From contig JAUIDB010000010.1 in assembly GCA_030429235.1 (NCBI GenBank), forward strand, positions 13,334-77,333: DNA of 64,000 bases, written 5' to 3'. Under the pieces are notes generated by a model that searched no databases, was not told where the DNA came from, and saw only the letters and a program-made list of their open reading frames with translations. The DNA is from Thermoanaerobaculia bacterium. GTDB lineage: Bacteria; Acidobacteriota; Thermoanaerobaculia; Multivoradales; JAIOJS01. The position numbers and the translations under genes were made by a program. Below are positions 35,845 to 43,999 of the stretch, one piece after another. Positions within the stretch are counted from its first letter, which is position 1. Each line of letters begins with the position of its first letter.

Positions 35845-36020
35845 AGTATGGCATCTCCGAGGGCCACAAAGTCGCTGCTTTCGGCAGGCTTGTCGATCCG
35901 TCCTACGTCGGCGGGGTGGATTTGGATGAAGTCATCTATCGCGGGCATCGTGGCGTAGACCTCCATGAAGCCACCGATCCACCGCGTGCGCCGCGCACCA
36001 TCTTCAAGGAGTTCCTGCCG

Positions 36021-37448
36021 ATGCTCTATCGTTTGTTTCGTAGAATGTTTCTCGCTCTGGTCTCGATCTCGCTCCTCGCTGCCGGCGCGTCGGCGAGCAC
36101 CCATCGAGGCCCGACCGTCGTCCCGACCGCGGAGGGTCAGATCGGGGAGACACCCGGGGTGGACGACCGGATCCTGGGGCCCCGCTTCGAGTCGATCCGA
36201 GGCCAGGCCGGCGAGGTCCTGTTGGGGAGCAGCGTGCTCTTCGGAGGGGTGATGCCGCCGCCGCCGGCCTTCGACTTCCTGACGGATCGGCTGCACGGCG
36301 CCAGCAATCCGGTACCGATCACCAGTGCCACGAGCTCCTTCCTGACGGTGCCGATGCAGTCTCCGGCCTCGGATCGGCGGCGCGCGGCCAGTGGGCTCGG
36401 TGACTTCGTGGCCTTCAGTTTCGCCGTCGACGGCTCATTGCCCCAGACGATGACGGTTCGGATCGCCACCTTCGACGAAGACGGGACGACGCTGGCCTCG
36501 GTGCCGGTGGCGGTCGATGTCCCGACGTTCAGCGTTCCGGACCCCTTGTTCACCAAGACCGGCGTAGCGGTCGACGACCAGGGTCGGGCTACCGTCGTCT
36601 TCACCCAATTCGACTCCGGGATTCCTACGGTGCGCGGTCAGCGGGTGAGTGTAGTGACGGGAGCCCCGATCGGTGGGTCGTTCCCGATCGGACCCGCGGC
36701 TCAGGCGAACCCTGACGTCGCTCTGCTCGATCCGGCGGGCGATCGACTGATCGTGGCCTCCAACCGCTTCACCAATCCCCCGGTGCTGGTCGGCAATATC
36801 GTCGACTTCTCCTCGGGCAGCCCCGTGGTCTTGCCGGAGTTCACGATCCCCAATACCCCGGCCAGTTTCGGCAACTTACTCACCGATGTTGCCGCAGACC
36901 CGGCCACCGGTACCTCCACCGTGGTCTGGGATCAGTTGACCGGCGTGCTCGGCAACCCGGCCGACGTGCGCGCCCGGCGCTTCGACGCCATGGGCAACCC
37001 CATCGGTGGCGACTTCCAGGTCAACACGCTCGATGCCAACGCGCAGGGCCAGGCGGCGGTGGCCTACGGACCGAACGGCAACTCGGCCATCATCTGGGCG
37101 GGAGATCCCGCCGCACCGCAGGGTCCCGAGGATCTCGACGTGTTCGGCCAGGCCTACGACGCCGACGGCAATCCGATCGGCGGCGAGGTGCCGGTGAACA
37201 CGTTCACGACCAACACCCAGGACCGGCCGACGGTTCGGTTTCTACCAGAGCCGGACGCGCAGGGTCGGTCCCAGTTCGCCGTCGCCTGGCGCGACACCGG
37301 GGACTCCACGGGGGCAACTCCGCGCGGCACCGGTCAGAGCTACCGCTGCTTCTCGATCGAAGGTCTGGAGGATCCTACGGAGATCTTCGCCGACGGCTTC
37401 GAGTCCGGGGACACGACATCATGGTCCGAGACGCAGCCCGGGTCATAG
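36021..37448 (+). CDS. Secreted repeat protein with C-terminal FADGFESGD tail
   Basis: Start re-set to ATG 36021 (MLYRLFRRMFLALVSISLLAAGASA). Repeated GNPIGG(D/E)xxVNT modules. It ends EIFADGFESGDTTSWSETQPGS. Confidence 0.7.
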   Translation: MLYRLFRRMFLALVSISLLAAGASASTHRGPTVVPTAEGQIGETPGVDDRILGPRFESIRGQAGEVLLGSSVLFGGVMPPPPAFDFLTDRLHGASNPVPITSATSSFLTVPMQSPASDRRRAASGLGDFVAFSFAVDGSLPQTMTVRIATFDEDGTTLASVPVAVDVPTFSVPDPLFTKTGVAVDDQGRATVVFTQFDSGIPTVRGQRVSVVTGAPIGGSFPIGPAAQANPDVALLDPAGDRLIVASNRFTNPPVLVGNIVDFSSGSPVVLPEFTIPNTPASFGNLLTDVAADPATGTSTVVWDQLTGVLGNPADVRARRFDAMGNPIGGDFQVNTLDANAQGQAAVAYGPNGNSAIIWAGDPAAPQGPEDLDVFGQAYDADGNPIGGEVPVNTFTTNTQDRPTVRFLPEPDAQGRSQFAVAWRDTGDSTGATPRGTGQSYRCFSIEGLEDPTEIFADGFESGDTTSWSETQPGS

Positions 37449-37493
37449 CTTCGGAAACCAGAGTCTTACCCGAGAGCAACGGCGATGACCGGT

Positions 37494-38888
37494 CTAGGTC
37501 TGGTCGTCCTGCTCCGGTCGGGCAATGCCGAGACTGTTCATCTTCTGATGGAGATGGGTCCTCTGCAGTTCGAGCAGGCGGGCGGCAGCGGCCACGTTCC
37601 AGCCCGTGCTGGCGAGGGCGCGTCGGATGTGGCGGGCCTCGGCGATCTCCTTGAACCGGCGAAAGGGGAGTACGGGGCCGTCGAAGGGGTCGTCGCCATC
37701 GGCTCCGCTCTCAGAGGTCCGGGGATCGAGCATCTCGACCGGTAGCTGCTCGGGAGTGACGGGGTCGGTGCCAAAGACGACGAGCCGCTCGGTCAGGTTT
37801 TCGAGTTCGCGAACGTTGCCGGGCCACGGGTACTGTTCGAGGATCGGATAGACGGCCTCGGTGGCGGCGAGTTGGCGCACGCGGTGGCGAGTCCAGGCCC
37901 GACGGAGAAAGTGGTCGAAGAGGAGCCGGATGTCTCCGGAGCGCTGGCGCAGCGGAGGGACTTCGATCGGCAGGTGGGCGAGGCGGAAGTACAGGTCCTG
38001 TCGGAAGGACTGGTTCCGGATGCCCTCCTCCAGTTGGGCGTGGGTGGCGGCGAGGACCCGCACGTCGACCTCTCGGTCGCGGGTCTCGCCGATGCGGCGG
38101 ACGCGGCCGTCCTCGAGAACCCTGAGGAGGCGGGACTGTAACCGGTAGTCCATGTCGCCGATCTCGTCGAGGAAGAGGGTCCCGCCGTGAGCCTCTTCGA
38201 AAAGGCCCCGTTTGTCGCTGGCGGCGCCGGTGAACGCTCCCTTGACGTGGCCGAAGAGCTCGTCCTCGACCAGATCCTGCGGGATCGCGGCGCAGTTGAG
38301 TTTGATGAAGGGTTGGCGCGCCCGTGGGCTGCCGCGATGGATGGCGTCGGCCACGAGCTCCTTGCCGGTACCACTCTCGCCGAGGATGAGGACCCGACCC
38401 TCGGTCGGGGCCGCTTTGGCGATCGCCTCGCGGAGGGCCAGCATGGCCGGCGACTCGCCGATCAGTTCCGACTGGCCGCGCAGCTCGGACTCGAGGTCCT
38501 GGACCCGCGTTCTCAGGCTGGAGTGTTCGAGGGTGTTCTCGATCGATCGGCGGAGGCGCTCGGTACTGAACGGCTTCTCGATGAAGTCGTGGACGCCGAG
38601 CTTGAGGGCCTCGACCGTCTCGGCGATCGAGGCCTCCCCGGAAACGATGATCGTCGGCGGGAGACGATCCGACTCGGCCAGGCGTCGGATCAACTCGACG
38701 CCGCTCAGGCCGGGCAAACGCACGTCGACCAGCATCAGGCCCGGAGGGTTGTCGGGTCGGGAGTCGAGCCATTCCAGGGCCGCCTCGGCGGTGTCGGTGG
38801 CCGCGGCCCGGTGTCCCGCCTCTTTGAGCTGGAAGAGCAGGTTGGCGCGAATCCTCGGATCGTCCTCGACGACGAGAACCTCGATCAT
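37494..38888 (-). CDS. NtrC-family sigma-54-dependent response regulator
   Basis: Receiver domain (VVEDD...MLVDVRLPG). AAA+ domain with GESGTGKE, an intact GAFTGA (ELFGHVKGAFTGA) and LFLDEIGDM. C-terminal Fis-type HTH (NVAAAARLLELQRTHLHQKMNSLGI). Confidence 0.9.
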   Translation of the reverse strand: MIEVLVVEDDPRIRANLLFQLKEAGHRAAATDTAEAALEWLDSRPDNPPGLMLVDVRLPGLSGVELIRRLAESDRLPPTIIVSGEASIAETVEALKLGVHDFIEKPFSTERLRRSIENTLEHSSLRTRVQDLESELRGQSELIGESPAMLALREAIAKAAPTEGRVLILGESGTGKELVADAIHRGSPRARQPFIKLNCAAIPQDLVEDELFGHVKGAFTGAASDKRGLFEEAHGGTLFLDEIGDMDYRLQSRLLRVLEDGRVRRIGETRDREVDVRVLAATHAQLEEGIRNQSFRQDLYFRLAHLPIEVPPLRQRSGDIRLLFDHFLRRAWTRHRVRQLAATEAVYPILEQYPWPGNVRELENLTERLVVFGTDPVTPEQLPVEMLDPRTSESGADGDDPFDGPVLPFRRFKEIAEARHIRRALASTGWNVAAAARLLELQRTHLHQKMNSLGIARPEQDDQT

Positions 38889-40114
38889 TCGGTACTCCGT
38901 GCGGACGGCGCCTCGGGTTCGGGCGGCGGCAGGGTGAGCTGGAAGGTGGCGCCGCCGGTCGAGCTCGAAACCAGTCGAAGGTCGCCACCGTGGTCGAGGA
39001 GGATCTTCTTGGAGATCGCCAGACCGAGTCCCATCCCCTCGCCGACGTTCCGGGTCGTCGTGTAGGGCTGGAAGAGGCTGTCACTCACCTGGGCGGCGAT
39101 GCCGGGGCCGTCATCGGCCACGTCGACCTGCACCTCGTGGTCGAGGCAGCGAACCTCCAGGGTCACCGACACCGAGCCCGGGGCCGCGGCGGCGGAACTG
39201 TTATCCCAGAGGTTCACCAGCACTTGACGCATCATGTCGCGGTCGATGTTGACGAAAGCGGGTCCGCTGGTGACGCACTGGAGGGAGAGGTTGTCCCAGG
39301 CATCCTGGTAGATCTCGGCGAGTTCGGCCAGGAGACTCGACAGGTCGACGCGCTGTAGCTTCGGCCGCGGCAGCCGGGCGAAGGAGCTGAAGCGGTGGGT
39401 GAACTCGGTGAGTCGATCCAGTTCCTGCCGGGCCCCGTCGAGGAACTCGTCGATCTCGGCGGCAGTGGCGCGAGGGTTCTTCTGCAGTGTGTTGCCCAGG
39501 CGAGCCAATTCGAGGCGCAAACCGGTGATGGGAGAGCGCATCTCGTGGGCGTGGCGTCGCGCTGCTTCCTGCCAGGCGGACAGGTTTTCGAGCATGGCCA
39601 GTCGTTGGCGGTCACCGGCCATGCGGCGCGAGGTCTCCTCGATCATGGCTGCGATCCTACCGAGGACGCCCCGCCCGCTCTCGCCCGTGTCGAGGACCGG
39701 TCGGCCTTCGGCGAGCCGACCGAGCGACTCTCGGAGCCGCTCGAGGCGGCGCTCGCGGTTCGTCTGGCGCCAAACCAGGCCGCCGGCTACCACCAGGAGG
39801 CAGAGGGCGAAGAGGGTGAGCCCGAGTGCCTCGGATCGCGCCACCAGGTCGGCTCGACTGCGCTCCAAGACCTGGAGTCGGTGCAGCGTCGATTCGATCC
39901 GATCGAATCGTTCGCGGTACTCGGCCGCTCGCTCCGGATCCAGCTCCGCCAGCCGCTTCTGGTCGTCGAGCGAGCCGGACAGTCGATCGAGTACCTCGGG
40001 GTGGGCGCCGAAGGCGAAGGAAGCCTGCGAGAGCTGTCGCTGTAGGACCTGAAAGAGGAGGGCCGCGAGCAGGATGGCTCCGAGCGTGGCGACGATCGGG
40101 GTGCGAAGCTTCAT
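38885..40114 (-). CDS. Two-TM sensor histidine kinase (HisKA + HATPase_c)
   Basis: Start re-set to ATG 40114 (MKLRTPIVATLGAILLAALLF). H-box HEMRSPITGL, N-box VLVNLWDNS, G-boxes DDGPGI and GMGLGLAISK. ATGA overlaps at both ends link it to its neighbours. Confidence 0.85.
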   Translation of the reverse strand: MKLRTPIVATLGAILLAALLFQVLQRQLSQASFAFGAHPEVLDRLSGSLDDQKRLAELDPERAAEYRERFDRIESTLHRLQVLERSRADLVARSEALGLTLFALCLLVVAGGLVWRQTNRERRLERLRESLGRLAEGRPVLDTGESGRGVLGRIAAMIEETSRRMAGDRQRLAMLENLSAWQEAARRHAHEMRSPITGLRLELARLGNTLQKNPRATAAEIDEFLDGARQELDRLTEFTHRFSSFARLPRPKLQRVDLSSLLAELAEIYQDAWDNLSLQCVTSGPAFVNIDRDMMRQVLVNLWDNSSAAAAPGSVSVTLEVRCLDHEVQVDVADDGPGIAAQVSDSLFQPYTTTRNVGEGMGLGLAISKKILLDHGGDLRLVSSSTGGATFQLTLPPPEPEAPSARSTE

Positions 40115-40800
40115 GGGCGCGGTGCCTTTTCGAGGCGCAGTGTCCATTCCAGATGCACCATGGGTCGACGGCGGATCGAGGTGCTGAGGAGTCCGTCGAA
40201 GACGCGGTCGAGAGAGCTCTCGCTGCGCTCGAGACGATCCTTGGACTCCGATTCGGCCGTACGACTGGAACGTACCGACTCGGCAAACCAACGCTGGGTC
40301 TCGCGCTGTTCGGCCGCCGAGAAGGGAACCACCTGGAGGCGCACCCGGAGGGCGGGAGGCGGGTCGTGGGCAAGAGCAGCCGCGCACAGTGGGACCTCGA
40401 GGTCGGACCACCAGCCCCGGAGGTCGGCGGGGTCGGCCAGGGTTCGGCGGGTGGTGCTGTCCGGAGTTCGGAAGGTGGTGACCTGAAACTGCTCCTCCCA
40501 GAGCTCGTACCGAATCTGGATCGTGGTCCGGGCCAGGGAGGCCTTGCGGTTCAGGGCCAACTCGAACCTGAAGTGCGTGGTCAGACCGGTCTGGAGGTGT
40601 CGCTCGATCTCGGGGTCATCCAGGATTTCGGGCAGCTGCGAGAGGAGCACACACTCCTCATTGGACCGAGAGAGCCGCGGCGGGTCGGCGGCCAAGGAGG
40701 AGCCCAAACAGAGGATCAAGCAGAGACCCCAGAATCCCCGAGTCGCGGGGCGACGAGGCAGGACCGACGACGGGGGCACCCGGTAGAGCAAAGGTCGCAC
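40111..40800 (-). CDS. Periplasmic protein co-transcribed with the kinase (possibly DUF4390-like)
   Basis: Signal peptide FWGLCLILCLGSSLA. GTG start 3 nt after the upstream stop, and its stop overlaps the kinase ATG. The DUF4390 assignment rests on my recollection of that family's position upstream of NtrY-like kinases and is unverified. Confidence 0.6.
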   Translation of the reverse strand: MRPLLYRVPPSSVLPRRPATRGFWGLCLILCLGSSLAADPPRLSRSNEECVLLSQLPEILDDPEIERHLQTGLTTHFRFELALNRKASLARTTIQIRYELWEEQFQVTTFRTPDSTTRRTLADPADLRGWWSDLEVPLCAAALAHDPPPALRVRLQVVPFSAAEQRETQRWFAESVRSSRTAESESKDRLERSESSLDRVFDGLLSTSIRRRPMVHLEWTLRLEKAPRP

Positions 40801-40803
40801 CGG

Positions 40804-42336
40804 CTACTGCTTCCCTCGATCCAGGTAGGCCAACCGCAAGGAGACCACGCCCCATGGGCTGCGGAACGACAGACCGCTGCTGACCTCGAACCCCCGTTCG
40901 AAGTCGGGCGCAGCGGGAGAACCGGCGAACGAACTGCCGTCGAACAGGGTCAGGGCCTGGGTCCAACGCAGTTCCCGGCTCCCGTGCCGACGGCTGGAGT
41001 GTAGGAGTAGGCTGTGTTGGAGCGAAGCCTGCAGTCGCCACACCGTCGAACGACTCGATCCGAGGCCCAGTCCCGAAGGCGCGACGTCGTCCACCTTGCG
41101 TTCTCCGGCCAGGATCCGACCGGAGACACCCAGCGACTGCCGGGCACCGAACGAGCGGTGGAGTTCCCCTCCCAGTGAGAGGCCGAGCAGGGACGAGTCC
41201 ATCTCCGCCAGCGGGGTCGTGGAGTCGAGGAAGGAGCGAATCGGGCCGAGCCGCGCGGTCAGGTGCTGCCACTCGATTCCCGCCTGCAAGCGGGCCCCGT
41301 CGGTGGGGAAGAGGGGGTCGTCGACCGAGTCGAATCGCCACGCCAACTCCAGCCGCTGGTCCTCACGGTCCTCGAAGCCCAGGGTGCTCTCGACCACCGG
41401 AGCGACGGCGGACCGACGGATCCCGGAATCGCTCCGCCGCGCTTCACCGCGGAGGAGCAGGGAGTGGTTGCGCCGCAGGGGGACTCCAAGGTCGAGCCGG
41501 AACCGGGTCGTGCGTTCGCCGGCGCTCCAGGTCGAGGCCGTCGGGTCGAGGACGTCGTGGAGCTGAGTACGGCACTCACTGCCGGCCGCCGGGACCGCGT
41601 CGTGGCCGATGGCCGACTCGAGAGAATCCACGATCTGCTGCCGCACGTCCTCGCAGTGCACGGTCGAGACGCTGAGGGTGGCCAGGCCCCCGCGGCCGAA
41701 AGGGTCGTAGCGGCTGACCCCCGCGGTGAGTTCGCCATCCCCACTGACGACGCCGAACGCGACGAGGCTCGGGCCGAGAGCGAAACGCCGACCGGCGAAC
41801 AGGGTCGTTCCGTCGACCCGATCGGTGGTGGCCAGCCCGTCGACCGAGACGTCGTGGGCCCACCAGGTGGCCTCGGAATACAGGCCGAAGACCCACCTTC
41901 GGACCTCTTCGACCCGAATCTGCAGGTGGTACAGACCGCGGGAGGAACCCTTCTCGAGCGAGAACTCGGCGTCCAGGACCAGGGGGAGCCGGACGATGCG
42001 GGCCATGGCCTGGCCGAGCTGCGACTCGCTGTAGGCGTGGCCCTCCTCCAACTGTGCCGTGTTGAGGAGGCTGGTCGTCGACAGCAGGGAGATGCCGTCG
42101 ACGGCGATCGTCTCGATCGCGAACCGAGGGCCCTCCGGGGGCGGCGGGGGCGAGGCGGCGTGCGTGGCCGGCGGGGGAGGCTGGGCGCGTCCCGTGGAGG
42201 GGCCCACCGCGGATCCCAGGAGGAGAGCGAGGCCGATCAGGACGACCGGCCGCCTCCAGCTTCCGCGGAGCCGGTTGCGGTGTGGCGGAGCGGGCCGCGG
42301 GATTCCCTGCACAAGGCCTGGTCGTCGGGTTCTCAT
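40804..42336 (-). CDS. POTRA-domain outer-membrane beta-barrel protein (Omp85/TpsB superfamily)
   Basis: Signal peptide. POTRA-like FAIETIAVDGISLLSTTSLLNTAQLEEGHAYSESQLGQAMARIVRLPLVLDAEFSLEKGS..LYHLQIRVEE. This is followed by ~400 aa of alternating beta-strand-like sequence. Confidence 0.7.
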   Translation of the reverse strand: MRTRRPGLVQGIPRPAPPHRNRLRGSWRRPVVLIGLALLLGSAVGPSTGRAQPPPPATHAASPPPPPEGPRFAIETIAVDGISLLSTTSLLNTAQLEEGHAYSESQLGQAMARIVRLPLVLDAEFSLEKGSSRGLYHLQIRVEEVRRWVFGLYSEATWWAHDVSVDGLATTDRVDGTTLFAGRRFALGPSLVAFGVVSGDGELTAGVSRYDPFGRGGLATLSVSTVHCEDVRQQIVDSLESAIGHDAVPAAGSECRTQLHDVLDPTASTWSAGERTTRFRLDLGVPLRRNHSLLLRGEARRSDSGIRRSAVAPVVESTLGFEDREDQRLELAWRFDSVDDPLFPTDGARLQAGIEWQHLTARLGPIRSFLDSTTPLAEMDSSLLGLSLGGELHRSFGARQSLGVSGRILAGERKVDDVAPSGLGLGSSRSTVWRLQASLQHSLLLHSSRRHGSRELRWTQALTLFDGSSFAGSPAAPDFERGFEVSSGLSFRSPWGVVSLRLAYLDRGKQ

Positions 42337-42412
42337 GGAGTCCGGACAGAGCCTCTCACAGGTTGCGCGGTGGCGCCAGGACGGCCCGCTCTCGCCACAG
42401 GGTCCATCCCGC

Positions 42413-43060
42413 CTAGAAGCGGTACCCGAGTCCGAGACTCAGGGAGTCGAAGTCGATGTCGACGGTTCCGTAGTCGACCAGCAGGTCGAGGCGGGGCGTC
42501 AGGTCGACGCGAGCGCCGGCACCGAGGAGTAGCTCGCTTCCAGTCAGCCGACCGAGGTACCCGAAGGTCGGTTGCACCGCCGAGATACGCTCTTCGTAAT
42601 AGCCCAGACCAACCCGTCCGAAGAGCGTAGTGCGGCCGAAATGGGTCTGCGGCACGAAGGCAAAGGTGAACAGTTCGAGGTCGGCCTCGACTTTGGCCAG
42701 CAGTTCGATGCAGAGAACCAGGGGGCCGGGAAAGCAGGCGGAACCCCAGCCCTCGAGATCATCGGCCCTTTGGTAGCCAACCTCGATGGCGAGGTTGCGG
42801 TGCAGTTCGAACCCGAAGACGACGGCTGGGGAGACCGCCTCGTTGTCGAAGTCCCAAGCGTGTAGGCCTTCGTAGGTGCGGTCGAAGGCCGCCAGTCCGC
42901 CCTTGAAGTCGACGTAGAAACGTTCCTCGGCCGCGCTTGGCGCCGCCAGGGCGAAGAGCACGCAGAGCCAGGCGAGGCCGGGAAGGAGCCTTCGAGACGT
43001 CGCAGGGGACCGGCGGGTCGTGGGGGCTGGGAGGTGGTTGCGGAGGAGGGAATGGTGCAT
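42413..43060 (-). CDS. Small outer-membrane beta-barrel protein (OmpA-like/OmpW-like porin family)
   Basis: Start re-set to ATG 43060 with an AGGAGA RBS. Signal peptide LAWLCVLFALAAPSAA. Alternating hydrophobic strands. C-terminal OMP signature LSLGLGYRF. Confidence 0.7.
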   Translation of the reverse strand: MHHSLLRNHLPAPTTRRSPATSRRLLPGLAWLCVLFALAAPSAAEERFYVDFKGGLAAFDRTYEGLHAWDFDNEAVSPAVVFGFELHRNLAIEVGYQRADDLEGWGSACFPGPLVLCIELLAKVEADLELFTFAFVPQTHFGRTTLFGRVGLGYYEERISAVQPTFGYLGRLTGSELLLGAGARVDLTPRLDLLVDYGTVDIDFDSLSLGLGYRF

Positions 43061-43103
43061 GGTGTCTCCTGGTCGGTGGAAAGGGTTCGATGCCTCTGAC
43101 GAC

Positions 43104-43119
43104 AGCAATGACCTTGCCA
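43104..43119 (-). promoter_or_regulatory. Sigma-54 promoter candidate (minus strand) for 42413..43060 and possibly the downstream operon
   Basis: The minus strand reads TGGCAAGGTCATTGCT, one mismatch to TGGCAC-N5-TTGCW with correct GG/GC spacing. It lies ~45 nt upstream of ATG 43060. Confidence 0.5.
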
Positions 43120-43309
43120 ACCTCGGGGGCGGAGGGCTCGGGTGGAGCGATCCTGGCCGATCCGAAGGTTGAGAAGAATCGGGGCCGGTCGGCGCCTCGT
43201 GTCCGAGAGGGGCGAGTCGTTCGTAGCCACCGACGGTGGTGTCTGGGAAACCAGACGGTTCCGCACCATGGAGCCCCGGTCACTGCCCGTTGGAAACGGA
43301 GGAATCGTC

Positions 43310-43325
43310 TGGCCTCGGGATTGCA
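43310..43325 (+). promoter_or_regulatory. Sigma-54 promoter candidate (plus strand) for 43353..43904
   Basis: TGGCCTCGGGATTGCA has the invariant GG and GC at correct spacing and a perfect TTGCA, with two mismatches in the -24 hexamer. It lies 28 nt upstream of ATG 43353. Confidence 0.45.
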
Positions 43326-43352
43326 CCGGCTTCCGAACCAGGAGGATCTCTG

Positions 43353-43904
43353 ATGACCAAACTTCTCTGTTCGACCCTTCTCCTACTCGTCGCTGGACCG
43401 TTGGCGGCTCTGCCGGATCTCTGGATCGGAGCTGGGGTGGGTAGTTCTCCCACGGCCGGTACCCAGGGCGCCAGCTTCCCCTCGGTCACCGAGACCGACG
43501 GGCCGAGCTGGCGGCTGAGCGCCGGCGCCGAACTGGGACGTTTTTTCGGTCTGGAACTTGCCTACCGGGACTTGGCGCGCCAGCTCTGTTGCGAGGGGTT
43601 CGCGGACCTCGGGTTCGATCTCTCGGTTCGAGGGCTCTCGGCGGCGCTCTCGAGTCGACTCCCCCTGAACCGCTTCTCGCTCTTCGCCAAGATCGGTGTC
43701 TTCACCTGGGAGGAGGAGGGCAACTTGCTGACGATCGCCGGGCCCCGCGACTTCGCCGCCGACGGCACCGACCTGTTGATCGGCGCGGGGATCGACTACG
43801 AACTCTGGCGCGACCTTGGAGTCCGAGCGGATTGGGAACGTCTCGAGTTCAACGATCTTTCGAGCGACCTCTTCTGGATCTCGGTGCAGTGGCGCTTCGA
43901 GTGA
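43353..43904 (+). CDS. Small outer-membrane beta-barrel protein
   Basis: Start re-set to ATG 43353, preceded by GGAGGA. Signal peptide LLCSTLLLLVAGPLAA. Beta-strand periodicity. It ends FWISVQWRFE. Confidence 0.65.
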   Translation: MTKLLCSTLLLLVAGPLAALPDLWIGAGVGSSPTAGTQGASFPSVTETDGPSWRLSAGAELGRFFGLELAYRDLARQLCCEGFADLGFDLSVRGLSAALSSRLPLNRFSLFAKIGVFTWEEEGNLLTIAGPRDFAADGTDLLIGAGIDYELWRDLGVRADWERLEFNDLSSDLFWISVQWRFE

Positions 43905-43999
43905 GATGCACCGGGGCCTGCCATCCGACGGGCTCCTGAGTCTCGGGGACCGGCGAAGCGGGTCGTCAGGCAGCGCAGGCGTCGGTGCGACCACTCGAC

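Noticed and set aside
35845-36020. Search for an ECF -35/-10 promoter in the sigma/ChrR - secreted protein divergent region. A GGAAC is present on the minus strand at 36011-36015.
   Set aside because: Sixteen to seventeen nt downstream of the GGAAC there is CGGC, not a CGT-type -10 element. No convincing pair was found on either strand.
42363-42378. Minus-strand TGGCGCCACCGCGCAA between the small barrel gene and the POTRA-OMP gene.
   Set aside because: The GG-to-GC spacing is one nucleotide short and there is no TTGC. The OMP gene is more simply explained as read-through from the promoter at 43104-43119.
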